Positions 29,390-42,209 of a stretch of DNA of 64,000 bases are shown piece by piece. Below the pieces are notes generated by a model, which did no database searches, was not told the origin of the DNA, and saw nothing but the letters and a program-made list of their open reading frames with translations. The position numbers and the translations under genes are program-made. The DNA lies in NCBI GenBank assembly GCA_964016885.1, contig OZ024740.1:95232001-95296000 (forward strand). Reading direction: 5' to 3'. The number at the start of each line of letters is the position of its first letter. Position 1 is the stretch's first letter. The stretch comes from Eledone cirrhosa. Taxonomy: Eukaryota.

Positions 29390-30600
29390 GGAAAACACTA
29401 ACAGGATTGAAGGGCAGTTGTGGACTAGGAGAGAGTGGCCGGCCAAGTTTGACACCATTTGGGATCGAGCAACTCGGAGCAGATTACTGACCTGGTGGGC
29501 ATCTACATCCAAAGAAACTTGAAAAGCGATATCCCAACGTTATGTGGCGGTATCCACCGTGATCATACTCTGTTTACTCTACTCAACCACAGCAAAAGCA
29601 AGCAACTATAATTAGGAAAAGACAAATTATATTCTCAAAACACATTAGCCTCAGCATTGATATAGACGATGACAGAAAAATAGTTACCTTCCTGCACGTT
29701 ATCCTGAATTTAGAATATGACTCTTATATCCGTACCACAAGCCGACAGAGTGCCTCAAGTATGCTAATGTGAGCTCTAACCATCCCATGTCAGTCAATAG
29801 TGCCATAGTGAATAGCGTATCCTGTAGGATATCATCTCTAGCAGCTAACCAGGAAATCTTCAACAACTTAGGTTACTATAGTAATAATGGCCTGATTAAT
29901 GGGCAACACATATGCAGGCCTATAGGTTGTGGGGGAATGTGGACAGTAAGAGCCGCCTTAAACAGCACAGGTACTGCGCCATTTTCAACAGGTACACAAT
30001 TAAAGTTTTGTACACCACAACTAAAAAAACTGGCAGAGAATATAGAAACCTTAAAACGGAAAAGAGAGAAACAACTTTCGTAATTCTGGGGAATCAGCAA
30101 CCAGGATGATGCACACAACACGAATGTATCTTCCTCCGATGGTAACTCTATGACTTGGTACCACCACAAAATCATAGAGCACGATCCAGTAATCCAGGCA
30201 GCAACGCCTCACTGTATTGTAACTGCGCCATGGAAAGCAAATGACTTAGGAGTAGATTAGTTTATAAATGTAGGGTGATTACCAATAGCCAAACCTTCGC
30301 CTAAAACGGGGCTACGGCGAATGAATTTAAGTAACGCTGATACAACCACTGCCACACGTTTAGTTGCGTGGATAAGTAAAACAGCACCACCCTCTCCGAA
30401 CCGGTGTGGTGACTCAAGCATGACAACATATGATACAACTTGTGGTCCACGGTCGCCTCAACCCAACCCTACAGGGAAGAAGGGCAGGAATTATGCAATC
30501 TATGTGTCACTGAGATTAAGGATACAATCGAGAGCAACGCCGGTTATGAATAAGTAGAGAAACCTCTTCAGCACCTGCCAAAATAGATAAACAGGAACAT
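29390..30600 (+). mobile_element. Highly decayed Hydra-like PLE
   Basis: Fragments EQITDLVG, YANVSSNHP, IFNRYTIKVLYT, ELCNLC across frameshifts. Confidence 0.75.
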
Positions 30601-33264
30601 TCCTCAGACTGTACAGATTAGCAGCATAGTTGCACTGACTGGGGTCCAGTACATAGCTGAACATGGGAGCCGGACATGGCCGCTAAATGACACCAACGTC
30701 GAGCTAATTCTGAATAGCTTGTGTGCGTCCACCATGAATTACTCTTCTACCATTCTCCTATGCACGTATAGGATTTTATAACCGCTACAAGAGGGTCAGC
30801 GTTTTATATCCCTTGGTTCCCTGTTCCTTGTTCTCCGAATGTATACCTGCATTTTTATTCACTTATATTCTTTGTTCCTTTTGTTCCTATGTTCTCCATA
30901 TGTATCTGTATCTGTATACCAATGTTTATGATTTTTGTTCCTATAGCAGCTTACTAAACCTCGTATCCACAGTCAGGCATTTCCTTTTGTTCGGGCGTGG
31001 TTGTTACCGTTTTCATTATTAACACCAATGTAGTTACAACTGACTACTATTGTGGTTACTAATCATCATGTTGCACTGATATCATTGATGACCTTGTGCC
31101 AAAGGGTCGAAGCAAACACTTTGTACATTTCTGTGGTCGTGTTACGTAAGATTCTGGCGATCAGCCAAACTCTCAACGCATATGTTATTCTGCCTCTTAA
31201 ATGTACACAATGTTTGCTGATATACATCTTTGAATTTCACGAGTCCGGCCTCCTGTCCTTTTATTCAATAGCAACTAAATCCAACATGATTCAAACTCAA
31301 AGATGGATCAGTTGCATAACGTCGAATGCTTTTCCTAATAATACTTCATGGTTAACTATACGGAATGAATCACCAAACTTACAGGAATATAGATATATCA
31401 ACGTAAAATATATGTAGAATGCGCACCCAAAATTCCCTTTATTGTTCCATAATACGGATTCATATAGCTAATTGATTACATCATCAGATGGCATCAACAT
31501 GATAGATTTATTTAAGTAAACCTTATTGAGGCACAGCAAAATTAAAACAAGAATAAATAATTAATGTTAAGTACGTTGTCGATTTAGTGAGGTTTCCGCT
31601 TAGACGAATCCGAAGGCTTTAATCAGTCTCTATATCAATGTTTTTACGACTAGTTCTGTGGCGTGGTGTAGTGTAATGTGTTGTTGTGTGGTTTGGTGAG
31701 GTAATGTGTGATTACTGCGTGTTCAATAAACAAAAATTTCCTCTAGTCTTACAATAATACCATATAGCTTTCGCAATGTTGTGGTTTGTGTTTTGGATAA
31801 ATGCTGTTCATGCGAATGGTTGTGTAAGTATCTCTGGTCAGTGGTTTGCGTTTCGTTCCCACCTCTACCTATATTGGGATTCAGATCCATGTGAAGGATT
31901 TCGGATATCAATGGAGGTAATGTTTGTGCTAGTGTTCCCGAGTACCTTCATATACAACATTCTTCTTCTAACTCACGCACCCACGGATTCGTTGCCATGA
32001 TCAGTGAGTTCGGATTTATACCTGACACTATTTAGATTATATCAAATTTCGTCACCGGGCCGGACTTTCTATTATTCCAATTTAATTGAAATGAGCATTC
32101 AACTACATTCTTTTAAGCAAAGCGATGCTTATAACGGATGATACTCAATCTGAAATAATAGTGAGAACGATTTGTAATTATTACATTTGTTTATAATAAA
32201 TCACTTCCAAAGACTATTGCACATTTTGTATGAAATTACTTATATTGCTATTATCATAATGCGCGCAAGCTATTTACAGAAGACATTTATTTCGTTGTTT
32301 GATTAATAAGATGAATTGATGAGGAAACGTTAATGCCGTCATGTGTATAGATTATATTTGTCTGGAATTCATCAAGTAAATTGTTTTCGTCTGGCACATC
32401 GAATATTTTTCCTCAGGGTGTCTACGAGAAATGCTATGGTTCAGAAGTAGATTATGCACTCGAGGCATTCGTTTTCTCTTATACGCATCTTTATAGCATT
32501 GCATGTGGTTTCTCTCTACTTTGCTTGATGTTTCAGCACATTTGGTGAGGTAGGGTTGGTCAACAATTACTTGTCGAGTACTATGTTTTACTCATGAATA
32601 ATATCTTCCACATATTATTTCTACTAAAAGATTAAATAAAATTGGTAATAAGTAGTAGATATAACGAGCACCTTAAGGAACATATATATGTTAATTATAA
32701 AATATAAATTATGGTTTAATATGTTGTATTCTTGTAACATATAAGAATATGTTAGTTGAGGAAAAAACAACATACCTCACAAATATCCATCCACGTAAAT
32801 AATTATTTCCCATTAAACGAATATGAATTTTAAACAGTTTAACAGTCTAAGCGTTTGTTTATAATTCACGTCAGCTCTCTTTCTGTACAGTCAACAATCG
32901 TGGACAGAGCATTGTTGCAACTTCTTTTTATCATTACTGCTATAGTTATAAAGATTTAGACAACGTAGGCATTTAGAATCGAATGGCTGATAACTCTTGA
33001 GTAGCAAAATGATAACTGCAGTTTTAATTTGTTAATTATGAGTAATATATTGACGCATTAATTATCATCACTCAAGCTACACATAATGAAACAGGACTTT
33101 CTTAATTGTTCTAATTTGGTATAAAAATCTTACACCATACACAGACACGTGTGCGTGAGTGTGAGTGTGCGTGTGTGCGTGTGTGTGTGTGTGCGTGTGT
33201 GATAAATCACACCCAATCTTTCGTAAAGGCACAGCATATTTCAAGTATTACAGAAAGTTAATTG

Positions 33265-33430
33265 TTTCTACTTTTGGCACAAGGCCAGCAATTACCCAGT
33301 ACATTACTGGTACTTTATTTTATCGACCCCGTAAGGATGAAAGGCAAAGTTAACCTCGTCGGGATTTGAACTCAGACCGTAAAGGGACGTAACTATGCTG
33401 GAAAGCATGGCGTCCGACTCTCTACCGATA
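33265..33430 (-). mobile_element. tRNA-derived SINE
   Basis: Same family as 28490 and 42940. Confidence 0.8.
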
Positions 33431-33655
33431 GAAGTTTAATAAATACATCTATCGATAAAGAAGGCATATATACTTACATTTTCCACCAACCTGCACATAT
33501 CATATTGTATTGTTCGTTAGAAATTTAAGAGTATATTGTAAACAATGTTGATCGTAATGTATGTAAACACATCGATAACAAAAATAGCGACCTAGCCGTT
33601 CGTGATCATTTTCTACTTTGTTGTGAATTTACATATCATCATTCGATATCATCAT

Positions 33656-33683
33656 AGAAGAAGAAGAAGAAGAAGAAGAAGAA

Positions 33684-33750
<67 letters not shown>

Positions 33751-33961
33751 AAGAAGAAGGAGGAGCAAGAAGAAGAAGAAGAAGAAGAAGAAGAAGAAGA
33801 AGAAGAAGATGAAGAAGAAGAAGAAGAAGAAAGAATAAGAAGATAAAGAAGAAGAAGAAGAAGAAGAAGAAGAAGAAGAAGAAGAAGAAGAAGGAGGAGG
33901 AGGAGGACGAGGAGGAGGAGGAGGAGGAGGAGGAGAATAATAATAATAATAATAATAATAA
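33656..33961 (+). repeat. Compound GAA/TAA/GGA microsatellite
   Basis: Read directly. Confidence 0.95.
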
Positions 33962-34202
33962 TGCCATGAAGTCAAAGTGATCCCGATTGTCATAGGCGCA
34001 CTGGGGACTACCTCCAAAAGTTTCCAGGGATGGTTAAAGAAAATCGGCCCCTTCACGCTTTTTGGAACGCTTCAAAAGGCATGCTTGCTGGGAACAGCAA
34101 GAACCCTCCGATACGTCCTGAATATCTGAGGCTGCAGGTAGTGGCTTGATATTCATTCCAACGGACTTTCCAGGTAACCAACATCAATGACTGAGATTCA
34201 AG

Positions 34203-34203
<1 letters not shown>
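33962..34203 (+). mobile_element. R4/Dong-like element, 5'-truncated unit 1
   Basis: Matches the last about 240 nt of the full element; (TAA)n on both sides. Confidence 0.92.
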
Positions 34204-34269
<66 letters not shown>

Positions 34270-34732
34270 TGATGGAGAACAATCAGGTGAAGGTGCTGTG
34301 GGATTTTAGGATACAGACGGACAAAAAACTGGAACACAATAGACCTGACCTGGTGGTTGTGGACAAAGAAAAGAGATCGTGTCTGATTGTGGATGTGGCC
34401 TGCCCGTTGGACACGAGAGTGCAAGAGAAGGAGAGGGAGAAAATTAACCGATACCAGGACCTAAAGTGGGAGGTGAAAAGGATTTGGAACTGCCATGAAG
34501 TCAAAGTGATCCCGATTGTCATAGGCGCACTAGATACTATCTCAAAGAGTTTCCAGGGATGGTTAAAGAAAATCGGCCCCTTCACGCTTTTTGGAACGCT
34601 TCAAAGGGCATGCTTGCTTGGAACAGCAAGAACCCTCCGATACGTCCTGAATATCTGAGGCTGCAGGTAGTGGCTTGATATTCATCGCAACGGACTTTCC
34701 AGTTAACCAACATCAATGACTGAGATTCAAGG
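34270..34732 (+). mobile_element. R4/Dong-like element, 5'-truncated unit 2
   Basis: RLE domain RPDLVVVD...IVDVACP plus 3' UTR. Confidence 0.92.
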
Positions 34733-34741
34733 AATAACAAC

Positions 34742-34812
<71 letters not shown>

Positions 34813-36770
34813 GGGAAAGAAAGAGGCCACGACTTGATCCCTGGGGCGGAACAAGCTAAAACATTCTGGAGAGGAATATGGGAGCAGGATGTTAGACACA
34901 ATGCCCAGGCAGGGTGGATTGAGACAGTACAGAGGGAGATCGGTGAGAAGGCACAACAACAGACTGATTTGAGTATCACAGTTGAAACTCTTAAGGGGCA
35001 AGCCAAAAAACTAACCAACTGGAAATCACCAGGCCCAGATGGTGTGCAGGGGTATTGGATTAAACATTTAACATCCCTCCACCCGAAGCTGACGGCCATG
35101 TTCAATGACTGCTTGGTGTCGGGTGAGGTGCCAGAGTGGTTGACAAAAGGTACCACAGTTCTGATAATGAAAGACCGAATCAAGGGTAATGATGTTACCA
35201 ACTATAGAACTATCACATGTCTGCCCGTAATGTGGAAACTGTTGACGAGCATTGTGCCTGAGGAAATCTACCATCACCTCCACACAAACAACTTGTTACC
35301 GGACGAACAGAAAGGATGCCGAAAGAAGTCACGTGGTACAAAGGACCAGTTGCTTATTGATAAGATGGTAATGGGGAATTGCAGGAGGAGACACACTGAT
35401 CTTGCCATGGGATGGATAGACTACAGAAAGGCATTTGACATGGTGCCTCATTCCTGGATCACCAAAAGCCTGGAGGTCTTCAGGGTGGCAGATAACATCA
35501 GACAGTTGCTGGGCAGGAGTATGGGGTCCTGGGAGACAGAGTTGACATCAACTGGAGTATCCTTGGGAAGCGTGAAGATCAAGAGAGGTATCTTCCAGGG
35601 AGATAGCCTGTCCCCTCTGTTGTTTGTCCTTGCCCTGATGCCCTTGACCATTATGCTGCGAAAAGTGAGAGCAGGATACAAGTTGGGAAGGGGAGAGCTT
35701 ACCATCAATCACCTCCTCTTCATGGACGATCTTAAGCTCTTCGGGAAAAGTGAGAAGGAGTTGGATGTGCTTGTTGACACTGTCCGTATTTTCAGCAGTG
35801 ATATATGTATGCAGTTTGGTATTGGTAAATGTGGAGTCATTGTGATGAAGAGGGGTAGGTTGAGCAGAAGTAACGGGATCCAGATAGGCCAGGGGATGTC
35901 CAAGGAGGGAATAACATCAAGGAGGAAGAGCAGCCTTAAGGGAAAATCCCTTCATAGTACCTTCTTTGAGAAAACTGAATTTAGAGATCCACAGACATGG
36001 AACTGGTTGAGAAGAGGAGACCTCAAAAAGGCTACAGAAGGAATGCTAATGGCTGCGCAGGAGCAGGCCCTCAAAACGAAGTGGTTGAAGCACCATATCT
36101 ACAAGGAGGAGGCTAGCCCACTGTGCAGGATCTGTGGAGAGAGAGAGGAGACTGTGGCTCACATTGTGTCCGAGTGTAAACACCTAGCCCAGACCCACTA
36201 TAAGGGCTGGAGACACGATGTGATGGGCAGGGTGATCCACTGGCACCTGTGCAAAGTAAACAATCTACCACATTCTGAGAAATGGTATGAGCATAGGCCA
36301 GAGGCGGTGATGGAGAACAGTCAGGTGAAGGTGCTGTGGGATTTTAGGATACAGACGGACAAAAAATTGGAACACAATAGACCTGACCTGGTGGTTATGG
36401 ACAAAGAAAAAAGATCGTGCCTGATTGTGGATGTGGCCTGCCCGTTCGACACGAGAGTGCAAGAGAAGGAGAGGGAGAAAATTAACCGATACCAGGACCT
36501 AAAGTGGGAGGTGAAAAGGATTTGGAACTGCCATGAAGTCAAAGTGATCCCGATTGTCATAGGCGCACTGGGGACTATCTCCAAAGGTTTCCAGGGATGG
36601 TTAAAGAAAATCGGCCCCTTCACGCTTTTTGGAACGCTTCAAAAGGCATGCTTGCTTGGAACAGCAAGAATCCTCCGATACGTCCTGAATATCTGAGGCT
36701 GCAGGTAGTGGCTTGATATTCAATCCAACGGACTTTCCAGTTAACCAACATCAATGACTGAGATTCAAGG
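34813..36770 (+). mobile_element. R4/Dong-like element, unit 3, 5'-truncated with a 462-nt in-frame deletion
   Basis: ORF 34834-36696 with RT (FMDD), CCHC knuckle and RLE; lacks the equivalent of 39956-40417. Confidence 0.92.
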
Positions 36771-36806
36771 AATAACAATAACAATAATAATAATAATAAT
36801 ATAATA

Positions 36807-39800
36807 GGGAAGAAGACGCACGAGGTGACGGAGGTCATGAAATCGCTCCCGTAAGTTTTGAATTTTTAACATATTTAAATCATTTGTGAAATAACAACTC
36901 TTAGTACAAATGCTACGTAAAGCACCCGGCTTGAGCCCCCAAAAATTCCTCAAATATTCAACTTTGTATTGTACACTGTATATCCCAAAAAAAAATGGCT
37001 ATAAATGGAAGAAGAAGAACCCCCCCCCCCCCTCCTCTCCTCTGGCTACACTATATAGGACAGCTAAACTCACCAACACCAGAAACTAGATACACCACCC
37101 ACCCCATCATCTATGTACACTAAACACAACAGCATTTTCACCTTCACCGCCACCGCTCACTACGGCCATCATTACCACCACTATCCCATCACCGCCGCCA
37201 CCACCCCTTGACTCCTTCACTGCTGCTGCCACCGCTACAGCACCATCACTACAGTAATACGGTCGCATCACCGCCACCACTGCCTCGGTATCGACATCAC
37301 CACCACCACTGTCTCAGTATCGCCAACGCCGCCAGTCTCTGCTGGCTGCCACTTCCACATTATAGAATTCCTACTACTAACAAAGAGGAAGGCATCAAAA
37401 TATATAGATAGACTCAAAAGAAAAAAGAAAAAACAAACAACAAAACCAAAGCAGCACAGCAACAACAGCAAAAAACGAGAAAAACAAACAGAGAAAAACA
37501 AAAACAAAAAAAGAAACCCCAAAAACGTAAAGAAAATAAGAATGAAGAGAGAAGCAAGCGGACGGACAGAGAAGAGGGGGGAAAAAGTAAAACTTAAAAA
37601 ACAAAAACTAAGTCAGACATTCGAATACTACATTACAATGAAACTTATGCTTATTCATTTTTGGGGCCCTTTCTGCCCGTGTGTTTGTTTGTTTATGTGT
37701 GTTCGTATACAGCGTGGTGATAATGCCACACAAGGGCCAAGTGGGATGGCGGATCCACAGATGGCTATGTAAACATACATTCGCCAATCCTCGATAAGAG
37801 TGTTTAAATATCGAACATAAACAGTTCGAATAACGGTGAAATGGAGACTAGAACGTCATGTGACAGACTCTCACCCAACAGGTGCCCCCTGGCTCAGCAG
37901 CAGGAACCTGACTGTCAACCAAATACTGCTGATGTTGGAGGAAGAAGAAGAAGGAAAGGGGCCAACTGGACGAAAGAATTGAATAGAACTGTTATGCAAT
38001 GCTACCTGAAAAGTAACCCCAAGGAGAGGGGCTACAGGAGACGGATGCATAACATCTGGAACGAGATTGGTTTATTTAAATTAGATGAACAAAAATTGGC
38101 CGGGCAGGCTCGGGTAATAAGAACTAATGGGTGGATAAGCGAGCTGGAACTGGAGGAACTGAGCAGAGAGAATGGCTTGGAGATGGCGGGTGTAGTAATC
38201 CAGACAAGCGAGCCGGCGGGAAATGAAGGTGAGGAGGTCCTGAGAACGGAGGAACCACCCGAAGCAGACAATGATCTGAATACTGAGATAAATAATACCT
38301 GGAACAGAGATACGGCCACTGAGGAGATGAATGCTGACGGGCTAGGACAAGATTCGGTTGACATCCTAAATTTAGTGGTAGATGAGTTGAACAATGATAG
38401 TGGGAGACCTATGAACCTAAGATTTGTAGACAGGAAAAAGTTAAAAGAAACAACAGCTAAGGTAAACAAAGTCATCCCATACCTTGAGGCGAGGAGTCTT
38501 CACCAGTGCAACAATATCCTCAAAGCAACAGCAAATACGGTGAGGAAACTACTGGGTATAAAAGCGAGAGGAAACAACAGACAAGAAAGAGCAGAGCCGT
38601 GGTGGAAGAAGCGACTGAGTGGGCAAATCGGGGAAATGAGAAATTACATAGGAAAGCTTGAGTCACTACTGAATGGGACACTAAAAAACATAGGCACTAA
38701 AAATAGACTGGAAATAAAATACAAAACTAGGAGTAAAAAGTTAAATATTATCATAGAGGAATTGAAGCAACGCATTGTAGCAAAGAGTGCCAAAATCAGG
38801 CGATACGAGAACAGAGTCAGTCAGTATAAACAGAACCGCATGTTCGACAACAACCAGAAGATGCTGTTTGGACAGCTTGAGGGGAAAGAAAGAGGCAACG
38901 GCTTGATCACTGGGGCGGAACAAGCTAAAACATTCTGGAGAGGAATATGGGAGCAGGATGTTAGACACAATGCCCAGGCAGGGTGGATTGAGACAGTACA
39001 GAGGGAGATCGGTGAGCAGGCACAACAACAGACTGATTTGAGTATCACAGTTGAAACTCTTAAGGGGCAAGCCAAAAAACTAACCAACTGGAAATCACCA
39101 GGCCCAGATGGTGTGCAGGGGTATTGGATTAAACATTTAACATCCCTCCACCCGAAGCTGACGGCCATGTTCAATGACTGCTTGGTGTCGGGTGAGGTGC
39201 CAGAGTGGTTGACAAAAGGTACCACAGTTCTGATAATGAAAGACCGAATCAAGGGTAATGATGTTACCAACTATAGACCTATCACATGTCTGCCCGTAAT
39301 GTGGAAACTGTTGACGAGCATTGTGTCTGAGGAAATCTACAATCACCTCCACACAAACAACTTGTTACCGGACGAACAGAAAGGATGCCGAAAGAAGTCA
39401 CGTGGTACAAAGGACCAGTTGCTTATTGATAAGATGGTAATGGGGAATTGCAGGAGGAGACACACTGATCTTGCCATGGGATGGATAGACTACAGAAAGG
39501 CATTTGACATGGTGCCTCATTCCTGGATCACCAAAAGCCTGGAGATCTTAAGGGTGGCAGATAACATCAGACAGTTGCTGGACAGGAGTATGGGGTCCTG
39601 GGAGACAGAGTTGACATCAACTGGAGTATCCTTGGGAAGCGTGAAGATCAAGAGAGGTATCTTCCAGGGAGATAGCCTGTCCCCTCTGTTGTTTGTCCTT
39701 GCCCTGATGCCCTTGGCCATTATGCTGCGAAAAGTGAGAGCAGGATACAAGTTGGGAAGGGGAGAGCTTACCATCAATCACCTCCTCTTCATGGACGATC

Positions 39801-41301
39801 TTAAGCTCTTCGGGAAAAGTGAGAAGGAGTTGGATGTGCTTGTTGACACTGTCCGTATTTTCAGCAGTGATATATGTAGGCAGTTTGGTATTGGTAAATG
39901 TGGAGTCATTGTGATGAAGAGGGGTAGGTTGAGCAGAAGTAACGGGATCCAGATACCAACAGGTGAGATGATAAAGGAAATTGACTCTGAGGAAGGATAC
40001 AAGTATTTGGGCGTTCTGCAGGCTGATGGCATAAAGAACAAAAAAATGAAGGAATTGTTAAGAACTGAATACATTCGGAGAGTAAGGAGCGTATTGAAGT
40101 CACATCTGAACAGCAGAAATGCCATAAGCGCAGTAAATTCCCGAGCTGTGTCTATTATTAGGTACAGTGCGGGAATTCTGAGATGGAATGTTGCTGAACA
40201 AAAAGAAATGGATAGGAAGACTAGGAAGATATTGACTATCTACAACATGTTCCACAAGAGGAGTGATGTCGATAGACTCTACCTAAGGAGATCTGAGGGT
40301 GGAAGAGGTCTTATCAGCATAGAGGACTGTGTTCAGATGGAGAAAAACAACCTATACAAATACGTGACCTATAGTAAGGAGCCAATGCTCAGAGCTTTAC
40401 TGAAGGAGGGGACAGTAGGCCAGGGGATATCCAAGGAGGAAATAACATCAAGGAGGAAGAGCAGCCTTAAGGGAAAATCCCTTCATAGTACCTTCTTTGA
40501 GAAAACTGAATTTAGAGATCCACAGACACGGAACTGGTTGAGAAGAGGAGACCTCAAAAAGGCTACAGAAGGAATGCTAATGGCTGCGCAGGAGCAGGCC
40601 CTCAAAACGAAGTGGTTGAAGCACCATATCTACAAGGAGGAGGCTAGCCCACTGTGCAGGATCTGTGGAGAGAGAGAGGAGACTGTGGCTCACATTGTGT
40701 CCGAGTGTAAACACCTAGCCCAGACCCACTATAAGGGCTGGAGACACGATGTGATGGGCAGGGTGATCCACTGGCACCTGTGCAAAGTAAACAATCTACC
40801 ACATTCTGAGAAATGGTATGAGCATAGGCCAGAGGCGGTGATGGAGAACAGTCAGGTGAAGGTGCTGTGGGATTTTAGGATACAGACGGACAAAAAATTG
40901 GAACACAATAGACCTGACCTGGTGGTTATGGACAAAGAAAAAAGATCGTGCCTGATTGTGGATGTGGCCTGCCCGTTCGACACGAGAGTGCAAGAGAAGG
41001 AGAGGGAGAAAATTAACCGATACCAGGACCTAAAGTGGGAGGTGAAAAGGATTTGGAACTGCCATGAAGTCAAAGTGATCCCGATTGTCATAGGCGCACT
41101 GGGGACTATCTCCAAAGGTTTCCAGGGATGGTTAAAGAAAATCGGCCCCTTCACGCTTTTTGGAACGCTTCAAAAGGCATGCTTGCTTGGAACAGCAAGA
41201 ATCCTCCGATACGTCCTGAATATCTGAGGCTGCAGGTAGTGGCTTGATATTCAATCCAACGGACTTTCCAGTTAACCAACATCAATGACTGAGATTCAAG
41301 G
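36807..41301 (+). mobile_element. Apparently full-length R4/Dong-like RLE non-LTR retrotransposon, unit 4
   Basis: About 1-kb 5' UTR, single intact ORF, 74-nt 3' UTR, (TAA)n tail. Confidence 0.92.
37841..41227 (+). CDS. Reverse transcriptase / restriction-like endonuclease polyprotein, 1128 aa
   Basis: KSPGPDG, YRPITCL, QKGC, IDYRKAFD, GIFQGDSLSP, FMDDLK, CRICGEREETVAHIVSEC, RPDLV...IVDVACP. Confidence 0.95.
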   Translation: METRTSCDRLSPNRCPLAQQQEPDCQPNTADVGGRRRRKGANWTKELNRTVMQCYLKSNPKERGYRRRMHNIWNEIGLFKLDEQKLAGQARVIRTNGWISELELEELSRENGLEMAGVVIQTSEPAGNEGEEVLRTEEPPEADNDLNTEINNTWNRDTATEEMNADGLGQDSVDILNLVVDELNNDSGRPMNLRFVDRKKLKETTAKVNKVIPYLEARSLHQCNNILKATANTVRKLLGIKARGNNRQERAEPWWKKRLSGQIGEMRNYIGKLESLLNGTLKNIGTKNRLEIKYKTRSKKLNIIIEELKQRIVAKSAKIRRYENRVSQYKQNRMFDNNQKMLFGQLEGKERGNGLITGAEQAKTFWRGIWEQDVRHNAQAGWIETVQREIGEQAQQQTDLSITVETLKGQAKKLTNWKSPGPDGVQGYWIKHLTSLHPKLTAMFNDCLVSGEVPEWLTKGTTVLIMKDRIKGNDVTNYRPITCLPVMWKLLTSIVSEEIYNHLHTNNLLPDEQKGCRKKSRGTKDQLLIDKMVMGNCRRRHTDLAMGWIDYRKAFDMVPHSWITKSLEILRVADNIRQLLDRSMGSWETELTSTGVSLGSVKIKRGIFQGDSLSPLLFVLALMPLAIMLRKVRAGYKLGRGELTINHLLFMDDLKLFGKSEKELDVLVDTVRIFSSDICRQFGIGKCGVIVMKRGRLSRSNGIQIPTGEMIKEIDSEEGYKYLGVLQADGIKNKKMKELLRTEYIRRVRSVLKSHLNSRNAISAVNSRAVSIIRYSAGILRWNVAEQKEMDRKTRKILTIYNMFHKRSDVDRLYLRRSEGGRGLISIEDCVQMEKNNLYKYVTYSKEPMLRALLKEGTVGQGISKEEITSRRKSSLKGKSLHSTFFEKTEFRDPQTRNWLRRGDLKKATEGMLMAAQEQALKTKWLKHHIYKEEASPLCRICGEREETVAHIVSECKHLAQTHYKGWRHDVMGRVIHWHLCKVNNLPHSEKWYEHRPEAVMENSQVKVLWDFRIQTDKKLEHNRPDLVVMDKEKRSCLIVDVACPFDTRVQEKEREKINRYQDLKWEVKRIWNCHEVKVIPIVIGALGTISKGFQGWLKKIGPFTLFGTLQKACLLGTARILRYVLNI

Positions 41302-41337
41302 AATAACAATAACAATAATAATAATAATAATATAATA

Positions 41338-41444
41338 GGGAAGAAGACGCACGAGGTGACGGAGGTCATGAAATCGCTCCCGTAAGTTTTGAATTTTTAA
41401 CATATTTAAATCATTTGTGAAATAACAATGACTGAGATTCAAGG
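41338..41444 (+). mobile_element. Mini unit 5: first 91 nt joined to last 16 nt of the element
   Basis: 41338-41428 equals 36807-36897; joined through caa microhomology to tgactgagattcaagg. Confidence 0.8.
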
Positions 41445-41456
41445 AATAACAATAAC

Positions 41457-41552
<96 letters not shown>

Positions 41553-41588
41553 AAGAAGAAGGATAAGAAGAAGAAGAAGAAGAAGAGC

Positions 41589-41669
<81 letters not shown>

Positions 41670-41708
41670 AAGAAGAAGAATGAGGAGGAGGAGGAGGAGA
41701 AGAAGAAG

Positions 41709-41740
<32 letters not shown>

Positions 41741-41791
41741 GGAGGAGGAGGAGGAGGAGAAGAAGAAGAAGAAGAAGAAGAAGAAGAAGAA

Positions 41792-41822
<31 letters not shown>

Positions 41823-41899
41823 AAGAAGAAGAAGAAGAAGAAGAAGAAGAAGAAGAAGAAGAAGAAGAAGAAGAAGAAGAAGAAGAAGAAGAAGAAGAA
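41445..41899 (+). repeat. Compound TAA/GAA/GGA microsatellite
   Basis: Read directly. Confidence 0.95.
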
Positions 41900-42209
41900 A
41901 ACAAGGTTAGCTTGAAGTAATTAATACTAAACTTGACTATCCGTGACCAAGAAGACAGAAATCACGGGCGACAGGAGTATCGAAACCGAGTCGTATGTCC
42001 CTCAAATCGTCAGCAAAACGGTCCGGCTTTCGGCGTCCCGTTGTCCGATGTATAAAGACACGCAAGGGGAACGCCTGAGGGCATGAACAACGTGGGTGGA
42101 TGTGCAGGTGAAAGAGTGGCGGATACGGAAAAACCCCTTAGGGCCCGTAAGAATGGTGAGGGTGGAAATGAAGGGATAATTGTTGCAGGAGGAACGGTAA
42201 CAAAGATGA

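Noticed and set aside
32417-32544. Exon-like segment (cctcag...gtgagg) with one open frame
   Set aside because: No recognisable homology, and splicing to the 51181 candidate would create a stop.
37765-37843. HDV-like ribozyme near tcctcg in the Dong 5' UTR
   Set aside because: P1, P3 and the catalytic C could not be placed.
33962-41444. CRISPR-like or telomeric interpretation of the tandem array
   Set aside because: Units are retrotransposon copies in TAA repeats; there are no TTAGGG repeats, spacers or cas genes.
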